Of a stretch of 64,000 nt of DNA, positions 49,911 to 63,750 are shown piece after piece. The stretch is taken from contig CM119269.1 of the NCBI GenBank assembly GCA_051294375.1, positions 1,814,537 to 1,878,536 of the forward strand, in the 5' to 3' direction. The notes beneath the pieces were generated by a model. That model was not told the origin of the DNA and did not search any database. It saw only the letters and a list, made by a program, of their open reading frames with translations. This stretch comes from Paraspadella gotoi. Its lineage: Eukaryota > Animalia > Chaetognatha. How positions within the stretch are numbered: the first letter of the stretch is position 1; the number at the start of each line of letters is the position of its first letter. The position numbers and the translations under genes were made by a program.

Positions 49911-51861
49911 GTTTCTAGAGAAATGCGACTTTTTCCACTTCTTCGACAAAATTGTATAAAAAAAAACTACAATAAAACTGTTAAAAGCAGGAAAAGACTG
50001 CTCCATCAACATTTGTAGTTGGGAGTCTCTAGTGATCATGGGTGAATCTTGTTTCCACACGCGCTGGTGGATTTTCAAAATCTGAGATTTATTTCAGCAA
50101 ACAAGATTCCTTGGATTTGTTGAAACTGTATTCATAAATTGCTTGATAAAAGACAGAAAAACTTACATCCCTCGAACTTAGAACTTCTGATTCACATTGA
50201 AGTGTACCTGCAACTTCTGATTCAAATTTTCTCCCATCTTTGACGCTAAATTGTATACAATCACCAAGCAAAATTTTTGGTGAAAGATTTAGACCGAAGA
50301 TTTTTCGATTTCAATATGGTTTATAAAAAATTCAAATTTTACATAGTTTAAAGTCGGTTATTAAATTGGAAATGATTCTCATAAAACGTCAATGACTTTT
50401 TTAAATAATAAAACAATCAGATTTAATATATCTAAATACATACAGGAATGGGAGCGATTTTATTATTGCCATCCGTTCTGGGTCTCGGGGTAGACAAATA
50501 AAATGTTTTCAAAGAGAAAGAAGTCCATTACAATAATATCAAATTATAGTTAGTTATCGTTAAATAAACCAACGTTTTTCGTCGTATCGAGTTTTCTGAG
50601 ACTCCATTTCCGCAAAAAGCTCTCGTTTCAAAAGCGAACCTTCTCGTATTCTTTTCTCGTTAAACCTGAACTAAAAACTCGGCACAGTGTAAACTCACCT
50701 TTCAGACTTACCCGTTTCTCTCCTTTCCTCGCCCTCAGCGCCCTCTCCCCCCGATTTCGAACATTACGGGCGTAACTTTTTTACATTTAAAACGCGGGGA
50801 AGAGGAACGAGGCTCCCGAGGTGTCGTCATATCGCGAGAGGGAGGAGGAGGAGGAGGAGGAGGAAAGGATGGGAGGAGGTGATTATAGAGGAGTATATTT
50901 GAAAGAAAAAAGTAAAAGGAGAAAAGAAGGAAGGTTTGAAGATTGTAAAAGAATAACTGATTGTTATAGGCATTAGAGAATTGAAAGGAGAATGTTGGAA
51001 GGGAAAAAAAAAAGAAAAAGAAGAGGGGGGGAAAAAAAAGAAAGAAAAAGAAAAGGGAAGAAGTTCGATGCGGCGACTTGTAGTTTTTTTTTAAAAAAAA
51101 TTACGCGAGGTTTGAGTTTACGCGTAAAGTCGCTCGATGCCTTTTCGATCAGTTATGCATTTACACAGAGGGCTCCTCATGAATGAAAAATCGAGAAAGG
51201 GTTGAAAGGCGAAGTCGATGTGACGGAAAAGTTTCGAGTTGACGGTTCGGAGGCGGTGGGCATGGGGGGGGGGTTGATATATGGAAAGAAGGAAATTAAA
51301 ATTTATATGGTGAGGTTCGTGAAGGCGAGAAGGGAGGGCAATGTGGCTGAAGACTAAGCATTAAAATTGTTTTTTTTTGAGAGGACAGCCGATGTCTAAA
51401 GTGGCATACTGGAACATGAGAAGAAAAACCGCCCAAGACTTAGTAAATGATTATGTTAGTTTAATAAAAAATACATTTAAGTGAATTACATTTATTATTG
51501 ATTCCAAATCATGTATGAAAATCGTATTCCCAATATGAAATTATCCATTCATATCTAGATCTAGTGGGTGCAGACAGAAGAGCAAATTTCTATAGAAAGA
51601 GACAAATCCTCCTAGCAGGAAAAATTGTATAATTTCAGGAAGTAAGTTATTTACAATAATGTGATTTACAAACATGTGCAAATTCAGCTGACTGTGGAAA
51701 GGCAACGGTGTTACAGCGTTACAGCATTACAGTGTCAAAAATAGGTAAATATCAAAATTCATAGATGACCAAATGGGTTTTTTAGGTTTAACTCCATGTA
51801 TAAGAAAATGTTAAATTTTCATATTTGTTTCTTTTAAATTTCCTTCTTCTAATTTAATGAA

Positions 51862-53373
51862 TCAAGCCAGATTCTCAGTTTTTCTTCTTCTTTCACCAAT
51901 GACTCGATTGCATCTTCTCACCGCCATCTGGGTAAAACTCTTGAACATCAATGCCGCCAATTCAATGACCTCAATCATTCCAATCACCGAAATTCCCATG
52001 AAAAGCCCCATGTGTCCACCGATGGTGCCGATCAACTGAGAAAATGAGAACAGAGGAACTTCTTCGTACATCCGATGAAGTCGGTGTCGATATCCAACCC
52101 TCAAATGGGGAATCAGTCCACTCTCTACAGACTGAGGATAAGCTAAATATCTGTGGGAAACATCGATTCCTTCTGGGCCTGATGACACGCATGGGCGCTT
52201 GCAAGAGCTTTTATTGATATCAAACAAAAAAAGTGAAAATATTCTCAAGCAACTTCGTTGGGAAGCATCCACCATGGGTTTGTAGGTGCAATTTTTGATC
52301 AGAATCTGAGTGGCATAGTGACTGTAAGAATAGTCAACCAACTCCAAAAAACTCAGGCTAACACTGCTCTCCAACAATCCATCTATCAATGCAATGGCAT
52401 TCATTTTCTTTCCAGGTGGAAAAATATGCGCTTCTACTCTCTGGCAGGCACTGGGAAATAAACAAGCGGAGGTGAAATTTTTTAGGGTGAAGCTCATTGA
52501 AATAGAGAAATTAGTCTCATCCGAAAAGACAAGGAAATCAAACAAAGTTGTTGGTACCATGGGAGGAGTACTGGTCAATATCTCAGAGGCGGACAAGCGT
52601 GCACGATTGGCCATATCCTCTCCAGCATTTTTCATGAAGTTGTCATAATCTGAAAAATTGTGAAAGGTTTGACCTTTGTGGTTAAAACAGAATTGACGAA
52701 CCTCTAGTTCCTCAAAGGCCGAACAGTTGGAATGAAACTTGTTATAAAATTCTTGACTGTAGAGGGGCGTCTTGTCGAAAATGACGATGGGCATTGGAAG
52801 GGACTCAGGTGAATAGTCAGTGAATTGCGTCGCGACTCGGTCCTTGGAGTGGAGAAAAGGGGAGAGATTGGTATTGTATTTCAGTTCTAATCTCAAAACT
52901 TTTATTAAACCCTGAGCTATGTAATAATAATAAAATTAATAATAATAATACTATGTACACTGAACTTAATCTTTAAACTTAAAAATTTACTTAATTCTCA
53001 ATTTAAACTGAAATAGGGAACTTTTTAAAAATATTGCCAACTATTAGCAAAGAATAAAGTTCCAACGTTCACTAATATCAGCAACTTTTTCAAGAGAACA
53101 AGAATATCCGAGCAAGTTGCAATGAAAATCATCACCTCCACAGTCTCCAACCTGAGAGTATTCATGAACGGCGTTGAAAATCTGTGTCGTCATCAGAACA
53201 AAAGAGATGACGACAATGACAAACCAAATCAAACGCCGGAAACGGTTGTGACCAGAAGTTGAATCGGTGATGGATGACGCCAACCGGCCGATACCGTGGA
53301 TCGATGTTGACTCCAGAAAAGACGCTATTGTTTGTGTCGTGTCTCTTTTCATGATTTCTTTTTCTATTTCCAT
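51862..53373 (-). CDS. DEG/ENaC (amiloride-sensitive sodium channel family) subunit, copy 1, two exons (53373-53152 and 52842-51862), 400 aa
   Basis: Exon 1 has FLESTSIHG (HG motif) and RRLIWFVIVV (TM1). Phase-0 GT-AG intron of 309 bp (CAG|GTTGGA ... CTCCAAG|GAC). Exon 2 has LPMPIV, CKRPC and TM2 LIGTIGGHMGLFMGISVIGMIEVIE with a GxS filter. Confidence 0.92.
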
Positions 53374-54789
53374 GTCTTCTTCATATCTAAAAATATATTT
53401 TTAATTGACAAAGTTTCTTTTCACAGCTATTTTCTCATCTGCCAATGAGTTTTCTCACTTAGTTCAGAGTTTCTTCTTGTACTAAAGAAATTTTAAAATA
53501 AAGTATATCAATTAATACTGCAGTTATCAAATTACTTAATTGAACAAAAGTATTTGTAATTAATTGGGGTATAAAGCCAAACTATGTTTTTTAAACCAAA
53601 GTTTTGGTGTGTTGAATCAGACGTTCTCCATGATAAAAATGGAAAAGATTTTTGTATTGGTGGTGGCGAGCGTCGCCGTAGGCAACTTAAACAGTTTTGG
53701 AAATTTTGATTGTTACTAGAGTCAAGTTTTCATCATTATTGGAAAAAATATCAAATTTGGTCATTTTACACCAACGCGTCATTCAATACTTCTTTTTAGT
53801 CGCGTCTGGATGGACTAAGAGGTGTTTATATATTGTCTCTTGTTTAATGATTATTATTGTCATTTTTTTTTAAATTTAACATTGTGTATAATCCTTTCGT
53901 TTTCCTTGTGTCAAGATTTAGCAAAAAAAAATGAATTTGGGCAATAAATGATATTTTCACAATGACAGTCATGTTTCGGCTTGAGTCTTCAAGCCTTCAT
54001 CAACATTAACAGTTTTGAAAAATTATTGGTAAATTATGCAAAATTCAGCCTGACCTCAACTACTATTCTGTCTCAGCTCGGTGAAAACTTTTACCCTCTC
54101 TGTCTATCTCTCTATCACTCTCTCTCTCTCTATCTCTCCTTTATTCTTTTGCAAAATTTACCAATAATTTTTTTGACAAATAAAAATTGTTTTTCTCCTA
54201 ATGCCCAAAAACAACGAAAATCGAAAGTCTATACACAATGTCTATCAATCAATAATTTTTTAAAACTCTTCTTGAATTGATTTTTAAAACAAAAAATTAA
54301 GGTAAAAAACTTTTATGCAGCGAATGCTGTGATTCACTGGTCACTTTATCGAGCTTAAACTACCATTTTTTTAAATTGTCTTACCATAAGCACTCCTCTT
54401 TCTTTAGTTTTTCAATATAGGACAAGCTAATGAAAGGCAGTAAATAGACATGTTCATCTTGCCAATAATCTTTTGGCACAAAAAAGCAGTCTTGGAAATT
54501 GCTTAGTCATCCAGCTAAAATCATTTGAATAAAGGCTGTAGCATCATTCTCTAAGGAACTTAAAGGTTTATGGACTTAGTAGTGGGCAAAAAAACCTAAT
54601 ATATCTGTAACACTGCCTTAAAAACTTAATACAAAATTGTTCATTGCACTATATTTTTAACAAATACGATTTGCCAACAATCTGGTGATTTTACCATCTT
54701 TGTGAGAAAATAGATTTGAAGTTGTTAATGATAATTAATTAAAAGAAAATTTATACACAAAAAAAGTCAAGTAGTTATTTATCATTTAA

Positions 54790-55597
54790 AACAAGTTTGA
54801 GCAAACAATGTCGGATCTGCCCACGATCATTATCAGTAATAAAATAATTAATAATTAATTAATTAATTATAATAATAATAATAATAATAAATAATTAATT
54901 AATTCAAGTTAATTAATTAATTAGTCAATTAATTAATTAGTCAATTATAATTAACTTGATCCAAAATGTTTGTTTTGATTGATTAATTGACTGATTAATT
55001 AATAATTTATTAATTAATTGATTAATTAATTGACTAATTGATTAATTAACTGATTAATTATTTGATTAATTTATACATCTTTATACATCTTATAAAAAAG
55101 AAAAAGAAGCATAATCAATTAGTGAAACAGGTTTTTTGTTTTTTTCCATTTAAACTCATTTCCACTCAAAGATTCCATCGAAATTTGATTTCCAGCTTAA
55201 TCACACACTTTCCTACCCACATACAAAATTTCAGGACAATTGCTTCATCCACTCATGAGTAATTGGTGTTCAAATAATGAAATGTTTTTTGTTTTTTTTC
55301 CATTTAAACTCATTTCCACTAGGACGATTCCATCGAAACTTCATATCCAGCTCAATCACACACTTCCCTAACCACATACAAAATTTCATTTTAATCCATC
55401 CATCCAATCACGAGTTTTTTGTTAAGGTTGGACGGACGGAGGACGGACGGACGGACATCGTTTTTTTGCATAATTTATCATAATTCAAAGTTCTGATATG
55501 AAATAAGTTAAAGCCCGACAAGATTGAGGGGCAGACCGACGGACCGACAAAGTGAATTATAGAGTAAGTCTGAGTAAGTTCTATCTGAACTCAATAA
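54790..55597 (-). mobile_element. HINE/DINE-1-like element, same family as 10138-10713, with internal duplication
   Basis: AACAAGTTTGAGCAAACAATGTCGGATCTGCCCACGATCATT start, a GATTCCATCGAAA block present twice (~55170, ~55326), (GGAC)n and GACCGACAAAGTGAATTATAGAG. Confidence 0.7.
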
Positions 55598-58396
55598 AGT
55601 ACGGCAGTGGTTTCTTTCTTATCATCGGATTTGGCTCACGGGGTATCCTAAAGTCGTTGGCGAGAAAATCATAACCAAAAAGAGAGAGAGAGAGAGAGAG
55701 AAAGTCTGAATGACTTGTTTTTTGTTTTTTTTTTGATCAGTTTTGCATTTACACAGAGGGCTCCTCAATCCTCATGAATGAAAAATCGAGAGAGGGTTGA
55801 AAGACGAAGTCGATGTGACAAAAAAGAGTTGATGGGTTGGAGGCGGCGGGCCAGGGGGTTAATATATTGTACGAAGGAAATAAAAATTTATATGGTGAGG
55901 TTCGTGAATTTTTTATATTTATTTATTGATAGGAAATGTCAATTTTTTTTAAAAAAATTATATTTTTAAAAGCAGATTCAGATAGCTTATAAAAAGTTGT
56001 CGACACAAAGTATAATTTCTTTTTTTAATATTTGATCATATGTGGGACAAAATTGATAAAAACCTTAAAAAATCATCATCATCTTACAATGATTTTAGTA
56101 GTTTTTGCTAATTATCGGCTATAAAACATTAAAATTTTAAAAAGTTGTAATTAAATTTTTTGTTTAACTTTTTCAGCTCTATTGGAATCAATTAAAAAAA
56201 ATATAAAATAAAATTGTTAACATTATATAGCATATAATAATTAAAATTAGCGAATTACTACTCATGGTTCGGAACATTTTTGCATAAAAATATTTTAACA
56301 CAATAATTAATACCAATAATGGATTTCTTTTTTTTACATTTGAATTTGTTTGGCTAGCCCTAATACTAGAACTTTAGAAGAAAAATCGCCCAAGATTTAG
56401 CAAATGGTTATTTGAATATTTGAATAAAAAATACATTTAAGGGTATACATTTATTATTGATTCCAAATCATATATGAAAATTGTACTACAAATATAAAAT
56501 TATCCATTCATAAAATAAACAAGTGGCTGTGCCAATGATGTAAATCGATTTCAAGGGCTTAATCTGAACTGTTATTGCGGAACTAATAACATTTTGGTAC
56601 ATAAAAAAAAATTATTTTATTTTATAAAAAACATTTATGAGGTAATTGAATCAAATATCGGATAAAATAATGGATTTAACAAGACAGAATAAAATAAAAA
56701 GAATAAGAAAAAAACATTGGTTAAAAAATTATAAAAGATTTAAGATAATACAAATTTTAAAAAACAATTGCTATTTTGTTGAAGAGCAGGTGCAAGTGAA
56801 GATCTAGTGGGTGTAGATAAAGTTTATTTTGAATGTTCCTTTGTCTTACAAAAGGTGAAAACAAAAGAAAATTTAATTAAACTATTCTTTTATATTAGAA
56901 AAAAAGATTAAACCTCTGTTAGATATACTAATTTTATTGTTATTTTGTTTTTAAAAATGCTCTTTTGTTTATACAGCCACCTGGTTTATTAAGACTAAAA
57001 CATTTGCTATTTTGGATAAAGCAATGCAAGTGAAGATCTAGTGGGTGCAGACAGAAGAGCAAATTTTTATAGAAAGTAAGGGCAAAATCCTCCTAGTAGA
57101 GAAAGTAGGAGGCAAATCCTCGTAGTAGGAAGGAAAAGTGAAATAGATGGGAAAAAAAGAAAAAAATGTGCAAATTAAGTTGTTACCGCGTTACAGTGTC
57201 AAAAATAGGTTAATATCAAATGTGTTTTTTAGGTTTAACTCCATGTATAAGAAAATGTTAATTTTCTTCTAATTCAATGAATCAAGCCGGATTCTCAGTT
57301 TTTCTTCTTCTTTCACCAATCACTCGTTTGCATCTTCTTACCGCTATCTGCGTAAAACCCTTGAACATCAACGCTGCCAATTCAATGACCTCAATCATTC
57401 CAATCACCGAAATTCCCATGAAAAGCCCCATGTGTCCGCCGATAGTGCCAATCAACTGAGAAAATGAGAAACAGAGGAACTTCTTCGTACATCCGATGAA
57501 GTCGGTGTCGATATCCAACCCTCAAATGGGGTATCAGTCCACTCTCCGCAGACTGAGGATAAGCTAAATATCTGTGGGAAACATCGATTCCTTCTTGTCC
57601 TGACGACACGCATGGGCGCTTGCAAGAGCTTTTATCGATATCAAACAAAAAAAGGTGAAAATATTCTCAAGCAACTTTGTTGGAAATCATCCGCCATGTT
57701 TTTGTAGGTGCAATTTTTGATCAGAATCTGAGTGGCGTAGTGACTGTAAGAAAAGTCTACCCCCTCCAAAAAACTCAGGCTAACACTGCTCTCCGACAAT
57801 CCAGCTATCAATGCATTGTAATTTATTTTCTTTCCAGGTGGAAAAATATGTACTTCTACTCTCTGGCAGGCACTGGGAAATAAACAAGCAGAGGTGAAAT
57901 TTTTTAGGGTGAAGCTCATTGAAATAGATAAGTTAGTCTTGTCCGAAAAGACAAGGAAATCAAACCAAGTTTTTGGTAACATGGGAGGAGTACTGGTCAA
58001 TATCTCAGAGGCGGACAAGCGTGCACGATTGGCCACATCCTCTCCAGCATTTTTCATGAAGTTGTTGTAGTCTGAAAAATTGTGAAAGGTTCGACCTTTG
58101 TGGCGACGACAGAATTGACGAACCTCGAGTTCCTCAAAGGTCGAACAGTTGGAATGAAACTTGTTATAAAATTCTTGAGTATAGAGCGGAGTCTTGTCGA
58201 TGATGACGACGGGCATCGGAAGGGACTTGGGTGAATAGTCAGTGAATTGCTTTGCGACTCGGTCCTTGAGTGTAGTATGGGGAAAGGGGAGAGATTGGTA
58301 TTGTTTTCCAAAAGCGCCTTATTTCTGATTCTAATCTCTAAACTTTAATTAAACCTTGAGCTTAATCTAATACTATATACCTTGAACTTAATCTTA

Positions 58397-59493
58397 CAGG
58401 GGTGGGATCCTATATCGAGACAAAACTTAACGTCCTGATCTCTCTGAACGATTTGATACACAATAATAAAACGAGTGGCAAAAGATTTTTTAGGCTTTTT
58501 AGTTTTATATACAATAAAAAAAATATATTTTTAAGCAACGACAAAGCGTCGTGGATGTTTTCAAAACATTTAGTCGTTTTTATGTGCGCGCATTGTATTG
58601 CATACGATAAAAGCCATACTTGTTAATACTTTTTTGAACATGACAGTGTTATGTATTATCTTCAATTCATCTGATTTTAAGCTATTCATCACTATCCAAA
58701 TTAAACCCATTTAATTTTTTTTAGGTAAGTAAAACAAAATTTTAGGAAGATTATAACAAATATGCTTAAATTGTCAAATAATTTCTGTATTTCTTACCTT
58801 TTTGATGCTTTTATTATGCATTAAGAAATCTTACATGATAAATTTAATTATCTGACAATATCGTTAATAAATTTGTTGATAAAAGTAAGTTTTAATAAAA
58901 AGTAAACTATTGAAGAGGCTGGTTTTACAGGGCGCCACATCTGCAGCAGTGTCACCTCGTGGCGAGAGTGAGTCAGCATGTTTATGTAGTCTAGAGCTTT
59001 GGATATGGTAGCAGGCCTCAGGCGGGTTACCCAGTCCATCCTACTTTCTACATAACAACCTCAGGGCTCGAAACAGGGACACACATTGGGATGGTGCATT
59101 AATCCACTGAGCCACTGAGGCGCTGCGAAGGAAATCGATTTGTGATGATAGGACAGTAACTTACCCAAATCTTAACGGATTACTTTAAAAAAATTTTAAC
59201 CATTATTATATTACAAATAAATACTTCCAAAAATATTTTTAACTTATATTTATTAGAATGAGATTTAACAAAAAGTATTCAAACATTTTTCTTCCAAACC
59301 GCGCGGAAAAAACCGAGCAGTTGCCTTTGCTGCATTAAATAAAAGCATAATATAAAAGAATTTCAAAAAAATTAATATATCGTCAAAAAGCTAAGAGAGA
59401 ATACTCTACGGATATTTATTCAGATTTTAAAAATCATTAAGAGCTTAAGAGTAATGATTTTTTAAATTTTGTCTCGATATAGAGTCTCCCCTG
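58397..59493. mobile_element. Non-autonomous Tc1/mariner-type element (MITE-like) in the intron of ENaC copy 2
   Basis: Imperfect TIRs CAGGGG..CTATATCGAGACAAAA / TTTTGTCTCGATATAG..CCCCTG, with TA on both sides (58395-96, 59494-95). Absent from the homologous intron of copy 1. Confidence 0.8.
58915..59124 (-). mobile_element. tRNA-derived SINE nested in the MITE
   Basis: Minus strand GCGCCTCAG-TGGCTCAGTGG (Pol III A box)...GTTTCGAGCCC (B-box-like), followed by a ~150-bp GC-richer body in AT-rich surroundings. Confidence 0.6.
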
Positions 59494-60980
59494 TAATTCT
59501 AAATTTAAACTGAAAAGGGGAAACTTTTTAAAAATGTTGCCAACTATTGGCGAAGAGTAAAGTTCTAATGTTCACGAGATAACAATGATATCCTAGCAAG
59601 TCGCTGTCACAGTCACAGACCTGAGCGTATTCACGAACGGCGTTGAAGATCTGCGTCGTCATGAGAACGAAAGAGACGACGACGATGACAAACCAAATCA
59701 AACGCCGCAAATGGATGTGACCGGAAGTCGAATCGGTGACGGATGACGCCACGTGGCCGATTCCGTGGATCGACGTTGACTCCAGAAAAGACGCCATCGT
59801 TTTTGTCATGTCTCTTTTCGTCCTTTCTTTTTCTATTTCCATGTCTTCTTCGTTTCTAAAAATAGATTTTTAATTGACAAAGTTCCTTTTCACGGCGCTT
59901 TCTCATCTGCCAATGAGTTTTCAGACTTTGTTCAGAGATAGAGTTTCTTCTTGTACAAAAGAAACTTTAAAGTAAAGTTATAACAATGAATACCATAGTT
60001 ATGACATTACTTACTTTTTAATTATTTAGGGTATAAAAGCCAAACTATGTTTTTTAAGGCAAAGTTTTCGTGTGTTGAATCAGACGTTGTCCGCAATAAA
60101 AATGGAAAAGGTTTTGGAAGTTTTGAATGTTGCTAGGGTCAAGTTTTCATTAATATCGGAAAAAAGATCAAATTTGGTCATATTGCACCAACGCGTCATT
60201 CAATACTTCTTTTTGGTCGCGTCTGATTGGACTAAGAGGCGACTACATCTATTGTCTCTCATTTTAATATTTAATTGGACTAAGAGGCGACTACATTTAT
60301 TGTCTCTCATTTTAATATTTTTAAAAAATTAATAGAAAGTATCGTACTATCACATGTTTATAAAGATGTTTTCATACAATGTTTTCTTAGATATGTAAGG
60401 ATAAAATAAAATTAAGAATACCGATAATAACAGTCCCTTTAGTAATAGTAATATATAGTATATTTAATATATAGTAAATTTAATGCTTGTATTAACCAAT
60501 AGTGAAATTTGACATCAAGTTCTAATGGAATCATCAACACCTTCACCCTCACTATCTTCGTGTTAACCAAACCAAACCAAACTTTTTGGAAATTTAAGAA
60601 AATTTACACAAAATTTCAAAATCGATTTTTAAACAAATTTCTAAGCATTAAGCTTATCAAATATTTAAAAAAACTGGAAAATAACATCGCAGAAAATGAT
60701 TAATGATTAATGCTTAATCACGATACCAATTTTAAAAAATATTTTAAAAAATATATTAAAAGATGAATGAGGAAAAATAACATTAAAGAGCGATCTAAAA
60801 TCCGCTTCTTAAAAAGAACGACCTAACGGCATTACTGCCTTTTCCCCTCTCACCCAAAATTCTTTTCTTGCCCGCCCCCCCCCCGCGTAAACGGCCTCAA
60901 AGACGATTGGGACATCGGAAGGCGAAGCAGGCTGGAGGAGGAGACCTGTCCCGAAGTCGTTGGCGAGAAAATCATAACCA

Positions 60981-61081
<101 letters not shown>

Positions 61082-61286
61082 AACTGACTTACTTTTAACG
61101 GTCGGTTTGAGTCAACGAGAGGTTTTTTCTTCCCAACTAAAGTTTTAAAATTTATACATTATATAAGAGTACGTATATATAATATAATTTATAATATATA
61201 ATTATAATATAATTTATACATTATGTAAGAGTGATATGAAAGATATGAATATCCTAAATTCCATTTGTTGTTTCTTTTTTCCACAG

Positions 61287-61482
61287 ACCTGCCCATCACC
61301 CTGCGCCGCCGCTCTTTACTCCCTGGGTGGGTCCTCGCCCGAGGGCCTAGCTTACCTTCTCTCGGGTTGCGACTGCCTTACCCAAACGCGCTGCGTCGCC
61401 GGCGGCGGATTTACCGACGTCGCCCACGCGTGCGAAGCGGAAATGCGCGTGCTGGGGAAGGTGGCGGAGGAAAGGGAGAGAG
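61287..61482 (+). CDS. GAS1: GAS1 domain 1, C-terminal half (Cys5-10)
   Basis: Acceptor TTTTTTCCACAG is phase 0, matching the 35209 donor. TCPSPCAAALYSLGGSSPEGLAYLLSGCDCLTQTRC...HAC resembles GAS1 CPSHCISALIQL...CDC-x5-C. Donor GAG|GTAAGC, phase 1. Confidence 0.85.
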
Positions 61483-62874
61483 GTAAGCAGGGTTGGCGGG
61501 GAGAGGGGGATGAGGGATGAAGGGAGAGAGGGAAACAGGGGATCAGAGGATGTGAGGGTGACAGTGGGAGGCGGTAGAACAGGGTCGTCATCAAAATTTC
61601 CTGTTATTCAGTATTTACTTGAGTTGAGTGGAGTTATTGTAACGAGGGAGAGAATTAAAGACAAAAGAATCAGACGAATTGAAAACAAAACAAAAAAGTG
61701 TTGGACCAAAAAAAGGCGCAAAAGGGGATAGTCGGCTGATGTGGGTACGAAGTGAAGAAGATGAAGAGATGAAGAGATGAAAAATGTAAGAAATGAAGAG
61801 ATGAAGATGAAGAGATGAAAAAAGTAAGAAATGAAGAGATGAAGATGAAGAGATGAAAAAAATAAGAAATGAAGAGATGAAGATGTAGATGAAGATGAAG
61901 AGAAGAAAGATGAAGAGTAGATGAAGAGAAGATGAGAAGAGAGCGAGAAGATGACGAGAAGGATTTTATGGGATTGTTGACTTTTGAAGAGAAGAAAAAC
62001 CGAGGAGAAAAAAAAAGGCAGAAAAAAGCGAATGTGTTGAAGAAAAAATGTGAGAGTTGACGCTTATCACCGGCGTTTAGACGAGAGAGAGAGACATCTA
62101 ACGGGAAAAAAAAGTATTATACATATAAAAAGAAGAGGAAAAAAAGAGAAAACTAGAGGTAAAGAATGAACGGGAAAAAAATGGGAAAAATTAGAAAAGA
62201 AAAGAAAATAGAAGAAAAGGAACAGAAAAAGAAAAGAAAAATAGGTAAATTAAAAAAAAACGGAAAGAAAAGAAATGAAAGGAAAAGAAAAGGCGCAGAA
62301 AAGAAACTCATAGAGACGAAAAAGAAAAACGACGTAAATAACTATAAAAAAAAGAGGGAAAATGGAGGCGAGGCAAAAAAAAAGAAAGAGCGGGCTCGCT
62401 CCGTAACCTTGCTCACGCTCTCTGCTTATCGCGCTCAATGGCGCGAAATTGCACGTGAAATTCTTTGATGATGGAATTCTTCTCGGTGCCAGCGGCGGCG
62501 GCGAATAGTGGAGGGGGGGGAGTGTCAAATGTGCCGCCCGATGGAAGGCGTCGTGTTTACTCTATGACGAGACTCGGGAATAAAATCGGTATTAAAGATT
62601 TTCGTAAAAATCGTTTCTTGGTAGCTAAACTCTTAAGGTCGTAAGTTGAAAGATTTTGTAAAAAAAAAATAAATAAAGAATTGCTTTTAAATATTATTTT
62701 TTGTCTTTTTTCAAAACAATTTTTCTCTGGGGAAAAAAAATTCCATTTTAAATTTTTTTTTCCTCTTGTCTGAGTTAAAAAAGAAACTTTATATTCGTTT
62801 TTTCTTTTATATGATTTTTTTCGTCCTTTTAATTTTATCGCTTTAACTTTCTGTCTGCCTGTCTAGTTTCTTGT

Positions 62875-62995
<121 letters not shown>

Positions 62996-63360
62996 ATCCC
63001 TTTTTTTAGAGAGAAAATCGATAAACACTTTCCTGAATTTTGATTCGAAGTCGAGGAAAAACCCACTCGTTTTTTTATATGATTTTTTTTTGTTTCCATA
63101 CATCACGCCTTTTCCAAGTTCCTATCATAAAATAGAATTTTTTTTCCTTTTCGTTTATTTTGATATGTATCATACGATTTCAATCTATGAAGCGACCTAA
63201 GGTTGCCCAATGCACAAATTTCGCATACAATCACATTGCACAACAATACATAAAAAAGAAGAAGTCGCTAGTCTTTCTTATTAATATGTACACTATGTAA
63301 CTCTTACTTTTCTTTCTCTTGTCTAAATGTTACCCTTTCACTTACCCTTCACATTTTCAG

Positions 63361-63439
63361 TGTCGATCGAGGCTTCTCACTCTCCTGCCTCGTGGACGAT
63401 CGGTTGTTCGGCGATGGAACAACTCACGTTGGCGGAAAG
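63361..63439 (+). CDS. GAS1: Linker and start of GAS1 domain 2
   Basis: Acceptor ATTTTCAG and donor AAG|GTCAGG; 79 nt, phase 1 to 2. Reads (V)SIEASHSPASWTIGCSAMEQLTLAE(R) and bridges the phases of both neighbouring exons. Confidence 0.7.
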
Positions 63440-63614
63440 GTCAGGGATCCTGATATAAACCATCTTTAGGAAATTGATAAAACCAATTTAATAATTATTT
63501 ATTCATTCCATATTTAAGCTATATTGTACCCTGAATTTGGACGGGCTTCTGTATTAAGAGCTCAATCCTTCTTACTAGACCCTGCAAGCAATACTCTGCA
63601 ATCAAAGCTTTTAA

Positions 63615-63708
<94 letters not shown>

Positions 63709-63750
63709 AGATTCTATTCCGCCTTCAAATAACAACCCCTGTATCCTCAG

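Larger units (their letters stand above)
57282..59842 (-). pseudogene. DEG/ENaC copy 2 (exons 59842-59621 and 58264-57282), two +1 frameshifts; pseudogene or consensus error
   Basis: Same exon structure as copy 1, with exon 1 60/74 aa identical. Extra base at ~57654 (A7GG vs A7G) and at ~57471 (GAGAAAC vs GAGAAC). Splice sites are intact. Confidence 0.75.

Noticed and set aside
49940-50300. Coding-like minus-strand stretch
   Set aside because: Only short frames with stops and no recognisable homology.
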